Shown here: piece after piece, positions 38,727 through 52,604 of the stretch
Position numbering within the stretch: position 1 is the stretch's first letter
Layout of the letters: every line of letters begins with the position of its first letter
Assembly: GCF_009914755.1 (NCBI RefSeq)
Contig: NC_060926.1
DNA from: the human T2T-CHM13v2.0 reference genome, Homo sapiens
DNA: 64,000 nt
Reading direction: 5' to 3' (one strand)
Notes under the pieces: generated by a model
Seen by the model: the letters and a program-made list of their open reading frames with translations, nothing else
The model's database searches: none
What the model was told of the DNA's origin: nothing
Made by a program: the position numbers and the translations under genes

Positions 38727-39769
38727 CACTTGCCAGATGGAAAGCATTATTTTGGGTGATGGGAATTATAAACAAAAACATGCAGGTCCCATTAAGGATT
38801 ACTCCAGTTATATTTATATTATACATAACTTAAGAATCCCTTCAACAACAAGAAGCTAAATAATGGATGAACAGAAATTTAGTAATAATGACATTTAATT
38901 ATTACATCAAGAAGCCCACATGTAGGCTTAATAGTGTCAACAAAGGCATAACCCTTTTTCTTTTTTCAGAGCTGATGCCTGTGCAACCTAATATTATGCA
39001 GTTCCTAGTCTGTAAACTTTCATATTTATATATCTGCAATTTTTGTGTTTATGTTTGGATATTTTATCTAAATGGATTTAACATAAGTTAAACAGAAATC
39101 TAATTTACAACCACTCTAGATTTAACTCCTATTGTCTTAAGATTAATACCAGAGTCCTGAAGGACCTATCCATGGTGCTGGTTGGATGAAGCAGTTACAA
39201 CATGATGGTGTATCCACTCAGTTGGTACGCTGCATCTTAGAGATGATCTCGGGAATGGAGATGCATGTAATCTAAATCCATGAGAGCTCAGTATCAAAAA
39301 CAAAACCATTTTGCATTTGCGTGGACATTTATAGGTTTTTTAAAAAATATTTTACATTTCATTTTACCCGCAAAATGTTTCTATGAGGCCAAATGGGAAA
39401 TGTGTTCCTCATTTTATGAGTGAGATAACTGAAACAGAGTTTTCTGAATATCATTTCCAAAATATACAATATAGTGTCAGTAGAATACTATATTAATTAT
39501 GGGGATGAGGGAATTTCTTATCACCCCAAGATTGCAATTATATTTGGTCAGCTTGGAAGTTAGCATTTAAGGAGTTGAGATAACAAGTATTTTTCAGAAT
39601 TAGAGAGCCATAAAATGAAGTATGATGTATCCGTTCCAAAGGAGTTTTACCCAAATACTAAAATGGCAAGAGATAGCTCATAAAAAGGCAAGTGTTTTAA
39701 AAATAGAAAATATAGCCCAACGCACTCTATTAATTCATATCTGTGAATGCCTATAATACAGACAAATAT

Positions 39770-39922
39770 ATCAAAGACTAAAAATATAATCACCAAAATG
39801 TTAAGAGTGATCATCTCTGAGTAGGATTATGAGAAATCCTTTTTTTCCTTTTTGTGTGTATTTTCCAATTTTTCCATACTGAAAAATATTTGTTTATACA
39901 AATGACCTTTATAAAATAAAAA
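39770..39922 (+). mobile_element. L1ME/MC 3' end
   Basis: CACCAAAATGTTAAGAGTGATCATCTCTGAGTAGGATTATG...TATTTTCCAATTTTTCCA. Confidence 0.65.
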
Positions 39923-42900
39923 TGAGTGGCATCATGAGGCAAAAATTAAGCAAGTCTCACTATTACCATATATGCCAATGCACTGTCTTGCTTCATCTCA
40001 TCTTTGATTGTATCTTCAAAGTCTGAAGGGACTCTTACCCTTCAGAAAACTCCTAGAACAAGGAAAGGGTACCTCCATTTTGTTTATAGTTTAGCTGGAA
40101 AATATTACACATAGGCCTCTTCTTTGTTCTCTAGCTCTCAGGTTTCACTAGATTTGCCAAAGATTTTAAGCCAGTAAGCAAAATATGTCCATTGGCCAAG
40201 GCAATGTTCTGTGTTTCTACATCAGGAAAGACTATTAGAAATGATAGATTTCCAAACCATTTCCCAGAATATAGTTATTTCCTTCTGACTCAAAATTGCT
40301 ACTACTGAAAATAAAATCAAAGTATGCTCTACAAAACAGACATGCCAATAATGTCTCTCGGAAAAAAAACCCATTCTTGGGAAATTTAGAAGATCACTCT
40401 TTAATGATATCAGAGTTGTTAGTTTAAAAAAATCTATGATTAACATTTCCTCTGAATAGTCTTTCTTTATTTAAAGATATGGTTTAATAGTCTTATCTAG
40501 TTTTCATTGTAAAATAATCATACAAAATATTCTTTTTATTTAAGATCCTCAAGAAACAAATGTAGTTTCTCTAACAAAGCTAGGGGGTGATATAAAGTCA
40601 CAGAAAATTAAATACATATGCAAACAGAGCAGGTGGCTATAATGGAAATAGACATGGACATTGCCCTTCATTCCTATAATAGCTTTGGCTGAGCTAGCAC
40701 TTTTCTGCACTGTACAAGGTCTTCACATGTGTGATCCTTATGAATCACTCCAATTTGGAATGAGTGCATGGCAGCTGTTCTCTTTATTTTACATGCAGGA
40801 AAACCCCGCAGAGAAGCACCAAAAAGCTGTCCATTTTTTCCAGTGTCAAGTAAAAGTCAATAGCCTAGAGATGTGTAAAGAGACCCACCTATTTATAGCT
40901 AGATATACCTAGATTTCAAATTTACTTTCTGTTAACAATGGCCTTAAAAGGAATGATTTTCTAATAGACACAAATTTTGTATTTAAACGAAAGAAAATAT
41001 TATAGCTCTGCAAGTCACCAAAATAAAATAATTAATGATGTGAGTTTCTTTGCAGAAAATAGCAAGAGCCTGAATAAACATCTAAAACAGGAACCTCACT
41101 AGGTGCCATACCAGTGCATACTAGAACTGTATTTAGTGATGGAATGGCAACAAATAAATTTCTATGCCAAGTAGAAAGATGCCCCTGCTTTTTTCTCATA
41201 TGTTTTATGCCACTAACAGGATAATAGGATGTGCAGGCTTGAGGTTTATCTTGTAGCATTTGGGACTAAAAATTCATATTTCTGATGATCTTAGGGAAAG
41301 TAAAGCCTCACATAAGAGGTTATTTTCTTGACCATTCTAAAAATTTTGATTAGCTTATCTTTGTGAGAATTATTAAGGCAAATAAAAGAAAAATTATCTT
41401 TTATTTAAACTAGCAAAAATAACAAGTTATGAGTTTTGAGATCATTAAATCAATATTTTGTCAAAAAACGTGTAGTTAATTAGAATTAAAACTTACCTAG
41501 AGCCCTCAAACATACAGCATGTCCAACATCTATAGCCTTCTTTGCAGAAACATGATACCACTATATTGGTGCTTTTTTCCCTCATTGGCTGTCACAGATT
41601 TCAGAGATCCATTAACAAATAATGTGGCCATTTACCTTCAAAGAAATCCTGCATTTTAAATGCCTTATATTTCTTTTAAAGGAAAATAGTTTATTTATAA
41701 AATCCCTCAAGTTTACACTGGGCTTATCCTGATGCCACTGTAGGCACATGGGCATAATTTTTTAAACCAAATGAAATCTACAGTCTCAGACTAAGCAACA
41801 CCAAATACCGTATACACGTGTTTTCTAATTATTGTTTCATGAAAAATTTATTATGACAATTGCTTAATACTGATATGTAGTTTTAATGTAGAGTCTAAAG
41901 TTTGAGCTCTGTATAATCATATTAGTTAATAGCTATGGGATTTCAAAATAGTCTATCTTATATTGAAATGTAAAAAAATTTAAACTTTCTATCCTATGCT
42001 GAAGTGCAACCTACACATGGCAATTGATTCCATCTCCTCACCTCTACCACCAGAACCACCACCAAAATCAACAGGAGTAGAAGTTTTCCTTAAATATCTT
42101 CTATGGCATTCACCAACATTGGGATGATGCCCATTATAGCCATTCACTTCTGTGATGCCAGAAATTTCAGTTTAATTTGCCAAAGAAAATTAGCCTTCCA
42201 GAAATAAGTAGAGGAATTTTAAAAAATATTTTTATTATTAAAGTTAGATTCAGTGTAAAACCTTTTATTTATCAAAAATAAAAAAAAATTATAGGGCAAA
42301 ATTTTGCATTATTAGCCATGAGGAATTTTATTGTTTATCTCCTATGATTCAAATATATTATGATTTCTGTAATGGGAACTATCAAATGAAAGACCAAACT
42401 AAACGAGAGTAAAGCTTCTCCCCCCTTTTTTGCAAGGCTAAAGTAATCATGCTAGATTTAAAAGGGCAAAGTAAAGAAGATAAAAGGCAAACAGTGAATT
42501 GTTTGACACAATGAATATATAGCTGATTCCATGCTGCTTCATGAAAATGCCACCATACTAAGGAGGTTTACTATTTTCTTCAATAAATGAAGCACACGCC
42601 AAAAAGCCAAATGCTACTGTTATTCCCATTCAACGATGGCCAGCAAATCCTACATACGTAACATATATCATACATTTTAAAGATATATCTACATCTTCTC
42701 AACACTCACCATGGTTTTATTAGTGGCCTAAAAGTTAGTAAGCCAAGGCAAAACAAAAAATTAGGGAAGGTCAGATGGAAGAAAGAACTGAAGGAAATAA
42801 ACTGATTTTTGAAACATCACCCATTAAATACTCTAAGAAGAAAAAGAAGCATGTGAAATCTTGGAAGAATTTCCTTATCCAAAATTCAAGCCTAAGGATA

Positions 42901-44339
42901 AATGCCTGTGACCAGCTATTTTATTTTGACTTGAGCTACGGTTTTAGATCAATATGGCCAGTTACTTGTTCAGCTGTGCTCAATTACATTGCATATGAAA
43001 TAACAAAGTTCAATATCAAACAAGGATTTTTTTGTCCTCCTCCAGTAAAACAATATCACACTAACTACATGATATAAACATCCATAGTAAACAAATGTAA
43101 CTTTACGGAGGGAAGAAAACTCCTTAAGCATCTCTTCCTACTCCCCCATCTGCACGTTATGTATTAGGAATCAGAAAAAAATTCACACCTCTGACTTTGA
43201 GTCATAAGCAGATTGCTACAAGAAATGTGTCTCATCACTGGCTTCAGGAAGAACTTTAAATTCCTGGGGCAAAATATAGCACTTCTGTCAGTTTCAAATA
43301 CCTCATATCTGCATGTTAATTTCAAAGGGTTCAAGGAGGCTTTGCCAGGTCCATGTAACTAATCCTCCCGGTTGGACAACTGTCATAGCTGAATTTTTCA
43401 TTTACAGTCCAGAGGGGTTAGCTGACTTGAGGAAGAGAAGATCAGGTTTCCTACTCTGTTCAGTTACTGAATTGGGGCACCTGGGAACAGGAGTCAGGTG
43501 CACTCTGTGGAGATCAGGCAATGTTTTAAATCGTGGATGTTTGCCATTATACCTCTACCAGCCACCTTCTACCCTACTCCCATGCTGTGACTCTCATCGA
43601 CCTCTCTCTCAGACAACAGTCTTACTTTTCAGAGTCTCAAACATTCTCAAAGTTCCAGTTCCCATCTTTGAGAGGAAAAGAGTCTTGTGTAATAAATGTA
43701 CAGTACAAGCAAAGAAGATTAAGAACAAAAAACTCCATGTAAGAAAGAATAGCAATTTTGGTTCTCCCTCCCATCCTCTCTTCTCAGGACTCTGACCCAT
43801 TCTAATTCTCCAACTTTACTGCCATCCATGCCTTCATAGTTGTAATCATTGTCTCAATCACTCTGGACCATTATTTTTTAAAAATGGACCTCAAATTTTG
43901 CAGCTTTGCAGACCAAACTATTAGAAGTGTGTCATGAAAATAGGCTTTTTAAAAATAAACACAGACTCCTGTTTTGTAAGTTGTTAATGACCAGAAAATG
44001 ACTTAGTGGGAATGATAGACCAGCTACAGCTTATCTGTTCCCCTTCCTAGAACCAATATTGTTGGGGTAACATTGAAAATCTCTTTTTATAATTAATTTT
44101 TATTTCAATTGCTTTCCTTTTCACTTACTGGAGGGGCTGCAGTAGAATAAAGATAACCTTCCGAGAGAAAGGTGTTTAGTAAGTGTGAAATGGAAGCTTC
44201 ATCTTTCCCTGCGGGCAGGAAAACACAGCAGATCATTTCACAGAAGATACTATATTATTCCAAGGAAGAACAGGACACTAGCTGGTAAAAGAATGAATGT
44301 AGAAAAAGAATAGATAACAATATATAACTGTATTTCCCC

Positions 44340-44660
44340 CTTAGGAAAGTTTGAGTTAAGCAATCACTCTCAGACTAAAATAATTTGCTGAATATAATAG
44401 CTATAAAATGGCAGGGTAGGTATTTGAACCTAGAATATCTGAGTCCCAAATTCTATCTCCTTCTGATATGCCACATTGTGTCATTCACAAAACCAATTAT
44501 CCTCCAAATAACGTTCTCATTCACTCACTCATTAACCAACAAATAGTTATCAAGTGCCCTCCAGGCAGTCCGTAGGATTTAGGAAGAGGTGTATAAATGA
44601 CAAAATCAAGGACCAGACACCAAGATTTTATACTTTAGTAGAACTCACAACACAACAGTA
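44340..44660 (-). mobile_element. MIR followed by L2 tail fragments
   Basis: AAATGGCAGGGTAGGTATTTGAACCTAG; CATTCACTCACTCATTAACCAACAAATAGTTATCAAGTGCC. Confidence 0.6.
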
Positions 44661-45599
44661 TGATTGATATTCCTACTGACAGCATTTTCTGTTAACTAGA
44701 CCAAGCTATTGGGCATTCACGGAATGGATTAAACAAATTAAAGAAGGAAGTAGATATTATAGACCCCTAATACTTCATTGATGATAGTCAAATTTTACAT
44801 ACGTTTGACAGAGTTAGTCTCACTCTCTCTCTTTCTTTCTCTCCGGCCCTCTCTCTCAGTGTGATAGTAAACCCCTGCTGTTGATGGTGCCTCAGCTGGT
44901 GCAGTAAGATAGTAAAGTAGTAGCTTGAGAATTGCTAATTAGTGTATTCAGACCAGTTATTTTGAATATATTGGAAAAAGAAAAAAAGAAAGACGAATGA
45001 AGCAATGACCTCGAGAAGAGCAGTGACAAAACTTTAATGAGGACAATGACTAAGGCTAGATTTCAGTGCCACTTAAAAAACACAAACTACGTGCAAATCT
45101 GGGAGTATGCTTCTGGAAAAATCCTTGCGGAAGCTACAATTGTAGAACACTTGAAATGGAGACTTTAGACAGCTGTAACACTTTCAGGACCATAATCTAT
45201 TACAGTATATCCAAGAAGTTTTCTGCCATGGCATGAAATTCTATGTGGGTACTGAATTGGTATTACATTAATTCGCCCATTTAAACAATATTGCTTCTAA
45301 TAATAAGTTATTAGAATTGAAAGATAAATCCCCCCCTATAAGTATACCTTTAAAATTATTTTTCCTGTACTAAATCTAGAATTGTGATGCCAAGTGTGAA
45401 AAGAAGTAATTACTTAAGTAAAACAAGTAGCTTCAGAAAACTGGGTGAAATTGTCAATATTAGGTTTTATATTCAGTTAGTATATGAATCATTCAGGCAA
45501 ATATTTACTATGGAGAATTCAGGAAACAAAATATGGTTTCAGTCATTATCACACAAGCAAGTTTGTCAGTGAACTTGAAATACATTCTAAACTATGGGG

Positions 45600-45850
45600 T
45601 GTCTAAGCACAATAAACTTTTCTGAGAACAGAGGGACATTCTTTGACTATCCAAGGCTAGGAAATCTTCATGGGTAAGGCTGACCACAAACCTCATCTTA
45701 AAGGATGTGAGAAGACAAGAGAAGGACGACCTGGGGAAGGGCTGGCAGTAGCGTGAACATGAATCAACTGGCAAAGACACAGAAGCAGACAGAGATGGTT
45801 TTGACATTGTGAGACACAGGAGGAAAACAGCATGCCTGGCAGTCTGCACA
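45600..45850 (-). mobile_element. L2 fragment
   Basis: GGAAATCTTCATGGGTAAGG..CTTAAAGGATG...GGCAAAGACACAGAAGCAG purine-rich L2 pattern. Confidence 0.55.
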
Positions 45851-46025
45851 GGATAAGCTGATAAGTTTACATTAGCTTTCTGAAGATTGAACAACTCTCC
45901 CAAACGATGCCACATCAAGGAGAGTATCCTAGTTCCACAATCCACCATAACCAGGATTAGTGCAAACAAGCAAACATGTTATTTTAATCTGCTTATGGGC
46001 CACAGTGCTACAGGCCTAGCAGGAA

Positions 46026-46087
46026 TGCATGTGTGCACATGTGTGTGTACGTGCGTGTATGTGGGGGGTGTGTGTTTGTGTGTGTGT
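46026..46087 (+). repeat. Interrupted (TG)n
   Basis: Read directly. Confidence 0.85.
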
Positions 46088-46929
46088 CAGGGGATATAAT
46101 ACTGTGATTTGAAAGAAAGCGGATAAATCAGAGAGCAATCTGTCTTTAGAAGAATGTAATAGATGGCCATTTTTTTCCAGTTTTAGTCCCAGGCATAAAT
46201 ATCTCTAATTATGTACTGGGAATCTTCTTTGACAAAAATAACATTTTAATAATAACTTCTCTGCCCTAATTATAGACCAAATCTTCTTCAGAATAACTAA
46301 CCTTGATTATTGATCACATATAAAAGTGCTATGTTACCGGAAAATAGACTGATTCTGCAAATTTGGCCAAATGTCAGTTATTGCATAGAGCTCTGTATAT
46401 GGTGATTTGGTGGATTTTTATTACAGGTGTATAATGGAGATGTACAGAAGTAAAATTTTCTAGCTTTGGATGGTCGCTCACCTAGTGATATATTAATCAA
46501 CATAGGGATGATGTGTGTATGAAATCATTAATTGAACTACATTTCAAAAATGGCAGCATTATCACCTTAAAAAACAAATCCTGATTCAAAATGTAAATGT
46601 AAAAATCTACATTGTTCAGTGCTCTGGTATTTCAAATATTCCAAGGCCTTCTTATATACATTGCCTTCATTTAGTTAGGTATTTTTTGTTTTACCAGTTA
46701 AGAAACTGAGGATCAAAATGGTGAAATAAAGTCTCCTATTACCCAGAGTCTTAAGTTAAAAAGTAGGAGAACTATGACATAAACCAAAAAAGGTATCCTG
46801 ATGATAATCTCCCTGCTAGTCTCATGATTCCTCAATGTTTCTCAGAAGCAAACATCCTGTGAAATATTGTCTAGGCAGATAAAAAATATGAAAAATTAAA
46901 CTTTGATTTGGTCTCTCACAAATATGATG

Positions 46930-48550
46930 CATATTCATATGAAAATGTTCATTGAGTACTTTCTGTGTGCTAAATTGGTGTTTTAGGCATGAGAGATTTT
47001 ATAATGACAAAAACAATGGTGCTTTTCTTACACAGCTTCTAAGAAAGGAGAAATATTTAAGGCAAAAATAAAATATATCAGATTGTGTGATACATGCTAT
47101 GGAAAGTAAAATAATAAATAGGCTAAAGAAGACCAGGCACACTAGGTATGGTAGAGAAAGAAGTATTGCAATTTCTTACAGTGTAATCAGTAAAGACTCC
47201 CCTGATCAAGTGATATTTGGAAGAAAACAAAAGGAAATGAGGGACTGAACTAACCAGAATTCTTAGGGAAAAGAACGCCATGTTGAGGGAACAATAAGTA
47301 CAGTTTATGTTTGTTGTGTTTGGCCATCACAACAGGCTTGATGTAGCTGGAGTCAAGGGAGCAAGGAGCAGGCTGGTAGGAGACAGATTAAGGAGGTTCA
47401 GAGAGCCAGAAAATACAAGGCCTTGAAGGCCACTGTTGACTTTGGCCTTTATTCTGGTTAAGATAGAAAGCTTTTATGAAGCAACAACATTTGACTTACA
47501 TGTTAAAGGATCTCTTTTGCTGGTGAATTAAAAAAAAATAAAACTGCAAGGGAAAGTGGCAAGGAAGTAAGCATGGAAATTAGTTAAGAGGGAATTGCAG
47601 TAATCTAAGAGACAGCTGATGGCTTAGATGAGAGTAGTAGCATTAAAGACAATACAAAATATTCAAATCCTCATGTATTTGAGGCTAGAGCCAGATGTGG
47701 GGTATGAAAGAAAGTCTACTCAAGTCTCCTCAAATGCCCCTTTCTCTCCAACGCTTCGGCCTCTCCTTTCATTTCCTCCACCTTAGTATTAGGTATGGGA
47801 TTGTTTCTGGGCTCACTAAGAAAATAGAAACAACTGGAGAAGAATCTCCACAGGCATCTATTGCCACATCTACTATCTACCTGCTTTGTTATCCATTGAA
47901 TCTGCATTCCTTTCTGGGAGTTTGGATGACATCTCAATTTTCCTATCTAAGACATTTGAGCAAATGTAAAAATGAAGTGGGCAAGTGATGAGATTAAAAT
48001 AATATTAAAGCAATAATTTTGAAATAGGAGAAAAGTTAATAGAAATTTGACTTGGGACATATTAAGTCTGATGTGCCTTACACACAATTAAGTGAGGATG
48101 TCACATGGACAGCTAGATACATAGGTTTGACACTTAGGGATAATGAGTTGGAAATACAAATTTGGGAATAATCAACATATACATAATATTTAAAGCTTGA
48201 AAATTGATAAAATTACCAAGGTTACAGTGCATACCTAAAAGACAAGAAGTATAAGGTTTGGACTGAGAGTATGTCAGTATTTAGAAGTCATCAACTTGAT
48301 GAAAAAAATCACAGAAAGAAATGGAAAAGGAAGGACCTGTTAGGTAGAAAGGTAACTGAAATAGATTGGTATCTAGAAACAAAGAAATAAACAAATATGT
48401 AAAATCTTGCTGAAAAACAAGTTCTGATAATTGATTGCTGAATAGAGTGGACGTCAATGAAAAGCTCTGCAAGAGCAATTTTAGTAAAGTGGCGAGGGCA
48501 AAAGCCTGATTAAAATAGGCTCAAGGGGGAAGAAATTGGAAACAGCGAAC
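46930..48550 (-). mobile_element. Long L2a-like element containing an inverted L2 segment (~47720-47953)
   Basis: CATTGAGTACTTTCTGTGTGC; GACTTTGGCCTTTATTCTG; ATTGCAGTAATCTAAGAGAC; GGGACATATTAAGTCTGATGTGCCT; GGGCAAAAGCCTGATT. Confidence 0.85.
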
Positions 48551-49396
48551 ACTGGCATCCAGGATCAAGGATGGGGCAGGAAAAGCTGGAATTTTCAGGT
48601 TTGAGAAGACCACTGACAAAACGTTATCTAGAGGAGTGGGATCCAAGAATAAATCAAGACAGCCATCACTTGCAGCCCGCAGTATGGAAAAAGCAAATGA
48701 AATGTCTCTTATAAGTCATAAAAATGGTCATCTAGAAGAGAGGCATGGGGAATGGACCAGGTAAATAAAATGGGCAGCACAAAGGGCCTACTTGAGGAGA
48801 GTGATCATGAACTGAAAGCAAGGTGAGTCAGTGTGTGTGGGTTTTATTCTCCAACCTCCACAACTTAATAGATTAGGAAGTATCACACAAGTACATCACA
48901 AGCCAGGATTTGAATGCAAACAGTGGTCAAAAGCCTGTGTTCTTAATTACTATTCCACCACGCCTCACGTGTCCTATTTCATCCTGTGTACAGCAACCCA
49001 ATGCCTTTTCTAAGTCTGGTTACTGAATAAGCCTTCTCATGCCCCACCTGTACTTCCTCCTTTGAATTTCAGGCCCAAATATTTAATGACTCACCAGTCT
49101 TTCCTACCAGATCCCTAATTTAAAATTAACCTGACTCAAACAACTATTTATCTCCTCTCCCCAAACCTGCTCCTTTCCTATTCATTCCCATCTTCTGATA
49201 TTATAATTAACATATTCAAAAGTCCAAAAGTTTTCATGGTTAAATTGGATATAACGATGAAAAAAGCAAATAAAAAAGTCACTGGAGTCAAAATTGTAAA
49301 GACTACAGACTCATAAAAAATGAATTAAGAGAATATGGAATGAATTTTAAAACTGCTAAATTTTATATATATACTATAATATGTAGTATATATTAT

Positions 49397-49398
<2 letters not shown>

Positions 49399-49429
<31 letters not shown>
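49399..49429 (+). repeat. (CA)n microsatellite
   Basis: Read directly. Confidence 0.95.
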
Positions 49430-49431
<2 letters not shown>

Positions 49432-49492
49432 GGCTGTATTCAAGTTGATAAGTTGGTGGTAATTTGTTATACAGCAATAGAACACTTATAAA
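49430..49492 (+). mobile_element. MLT1 LTR 3' terminal fragment
   Basis: AAGTTGGTGGTAATTTGTTATACAGCAATAGAACACTTAT. Confidence 0.65.
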
Positions 49493-50119
49493 GGAGGTGT
49501 AATAAGGAGCCCTGGTCTCAAAATTTTGGCGATGGGGGTTACGTAGCCCCTGGAAGAAAACAAACTGAATCCTCTTCTTATTGCCCCCATATCTTGATTG
49601 TGTGACTTTTAAAAGATTACTAACCAGTCTGAGTCTCTATGCCATCACCTATAAAATGATTCTGGTAACATTTAACTACACAATTATTTATGACATGCAA
49701 TTATTGGAAAGTGACTAGCATTTCATTAGATCTGTCATTTGGTTACATGCATGTGTGCAAAGAAAATATTGAGGCAAAATCTAGTGTGGGGGCTGGGGGA
49801 ATAAAGAAGTTTTGCCACAGTGAAGATCAATACACAGATAAAGGAAAAAATTGGTATCAGTTACTGATAGGTACTATCAGCTGACTGTGGAGAAAATCAA
49901 ATAATTCTAACTCTATATTTTCCTATCTTTCTTTGTTTTTTCTGGCCATAATTTTTAAGTCTTATATATGGGATACCAAAGGAAATCTTGTTCTGAATTC
50001 TACTTTTTCTGATATTAATGGAGCCTCTTTAGTATTCTTTTTCTTCATATTTTCATAGATTATCTTTTCTTCCATATTTTAACCTATCTATGACTTTAGT
50101 GGGTTTCTTGTATAAAGCA

Positions 50120-51775
50120 TATAATTTATGTTTTCAGTGTGATGTTTTGATACATGAATATATTGCATATTTATCAAAGCAGGGCAATTAGCAATTCCAT
50201 TACCTCAAAACATTTATCATTTCTTTGAGATGAGACAATTTAAATTCCTCTCTTCTAGCTTTTTGGATATATACAATACATTATTGTTAACTATGTGTAG
50301 GTAACTATTATTATAGTTATAGGATGACAATTGTTAACTATAAATTTATTTCTCCTAACTGTAACATTGTACATATTGTTCACGCTCCATCATCTCTTTC
50401 TCTTACTTTCCCCAGCCTCTGGTAACCTCTATTCTACTCTCTAATTATATTTATTTAAATTGCACATATGAGTGAGATCATGTGGCATTTATCTTTCTGT
50501 GACTGGTTTGTTTCACTTAACATAATCCTGTCCAAGTTCATGTTACAAATGCAAAAAATTTATTCTTTTTTATGGCTGAATAGTATTCCATTGTGTATAT
50601 ATACCACTTCTTTATCCATTCGTCTGTTGATGTACACTTAGGTTGACTCCATATCTTGGTTACTGTGAATAGTGCTGTGGGAGTGCAGATATCTCTTTGA
50701 CATACTGACTTCATTTCCTTTGAATATATACCCAGGAATTGGATCATATAATGGTACAATTTTTAAATTTTTTGAGGAACTTTCATACTGTTTCCATAAT
50801 AGATATACTAGTTTACATTCCACGAACAGTGTGTGAATATCCTTTTCTCCATAGTCTCACCAGCATTTGTTATATTTTCACATTTTAACAATAACCATTC
50901 TAACTGAAATAAGGTGTTATCTAATTGTGGTTTTGATTTGTATTTCCCTGATGATTAGTGATATTAGCATTTTTTCATATATCTGTTGGCCATTTATATG
51001 TCTTCTTCTGAGAAGTGGCTATTTAGGTTTTTTGCACATTTTATATTCATTTATTTGATTTTGCTATTAAGTTGAGTTCCTTATATATTTTTATAGTAAC
51101 CTCTTATAACATTTATAGTTTGCAAATATATTCTCCTATTCTGTAGATTGTCTTGTTGGGAGAAAAGCTGAGTGTTGGGAGAGAAGCTGAGGCAGGGCTT
51201 GCATGTCTGACAAAATGTAAAAGAGTCTTCAAACATGTCCAGGGTTCAGGGTCTAAAACCCCTCGTGGCCTTTGGAACACCAAGCTCTGTGCTAAAGGGT
51301 GGAAGGCTACCCTGACGCACCATAATCTAAGCCCAGGACATAAAACCCCTCTTGGCTTAGATAGAATCCAGGGCTCAGGGCGTAAAACCCCTCATGGCCC
51401 CTGGAATGTGTCTAGACTTGCTGGCTCCTTGCTCCTTGCTCTCCCAGGACCGATTGTTATCTTGAGTTAAAAGAACTTGCTCTCCATTATCTCAAGTAGC
51501 AGAGCATATGCTAAACTGTCACAGCTGTAAATCATGTGCTTAATGCAACTCTCCCTTTTGACCCCCACATTTTCACCACCTGTTTCTTTGATCACCAATA
51601 AATAGTCTGGGAATTCACAGCCTCCAAACTTGCATTGTCCCCCTGAACCCACTTACTCTCTCAAACTGTCTTTTCTCATTCCTTTGATTCCACCAGACTT
51701 TGTCACCCCCATGACCTGGTGTTGGGTCCGATCACCCCAACATTGTCTCTTTACTTTGTTGATTGTTTTCTTTGA
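50120..51775 (-). mobile_element. L1MA-type 3' region, interrupted by LTR14
   Basis: TGATGTTTTGATACATG...CATTACCTCAAAACATTTATCATTTCTTTG; ORF2p C-terminal peptide KEMKSVCQRDICTP...TDEWIKKW; sequence resumes after the LTR. Confidence 0.92.
51154..51742 (+). mobile_element. HERV-K14 (HML-1) solo LTR, LTR14B-like, 589 bp
   Basis: TGTTGGGAGAAAAGCTGAGTGTTGGGAGAGAAGCTGAGGCAGGGCTTGCATGTCTG start; inverted termini TGTTGGG/CCCAACA; perfect 6-bp TSD TTGTCT; AATAAA at 51597. Confidence 0.9.
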
Positions 51776-51909
51776 CATCTTTGAAACCTTTGTACCTGAA
51801 AATGTGTACTAGCTATTTTACGAAGCTCTTCACTACCCTTTCAATCTTCTAAGAAGACAGCCTTTCAAACTGGTGACATGCTTTGAAGCATGTTTCCTTG
51901 GACCATGAA

Positions 51910-52170
51910 AAGGAATATCTATGGAAATAAAGCATACACACATACATATTTAATATCTATGAAGGATATTCCTTCATAGATATATATGGAATATCTATGA
52001 AGGATATTTATGTATTATTTATACATATATGTATACATTATATATATATACACACATAGATATTGGATATATATATATAAATTATATACATACACACATA
52101 GATTCCAATATCTATGTGAATAATTATAATATGTATTATTAATTTATATACATATAATTTACCTTCATAA
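51910..52170. repeat. AT-rich low-complexity region with direct and inverted copies of ATATCTATGAAGGA
   Basis: Read directly. Confidence 0.85.
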
Positions 52171-52199
52171 ACTAGGAAATAGCAAGCCATCTTACAATT

Positions 52200-52400
52200 T
52201 GAGCTGGCTAAGATCATCTTATTTAAAATAATAAAATCCTAAAACCAGAGCAACTTCCAAGTTTTCTGGTTCATACCTCTTCCCTCAGATAGGCAGATAT
52301 CCCAATAAGCTAACCAAAAGCCTGATTATGTTATATTTCAAATTCTTCAGGGAAGAGATTTCATAGTTTCCTTTGTAGCACCTTCTGGAATTTATTTTCT
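52200..52400 (-). mobile_element. Possible L3/CR1 fragment
   Basis: TTCTGGTTCATACCTCTTCCCTCAGATAGG...TTCAGGGAAGAGATTTCATAG loosely matches a CR1 3' end. Confidence 0.45.
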
Positions 52401-52604
52401 CACTTATGGGTTTAAGAGTTTATACTTTAGCTTCATATCTTGGCTAAAGATAAGAAAAAGTGAACTGTAGCATTTTGTCTAAAACATTATGGTCAGAAAT
52501 AAGAGCATCTGACTTATATTTAGTAGTATTTATAAATATTCACTTTAATGCAAATACCACAGCAACACTGTCCTTGTTCTTTCCCATGCCTGCCACAAAA
52601 TAGG

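Noticed and set aside
43313-43795. 160-aa ORF in apparently unique sequence
   Set aside because: No recognisable domain or convincing splice/promoter context; an ORF this long is expected by chance in 64 kb; BLASTP/PhyloCSF would settle it
45592-45969. 125-aa ORF
   Set aside because: Overlaps a decayed L2; no coherent protein motif
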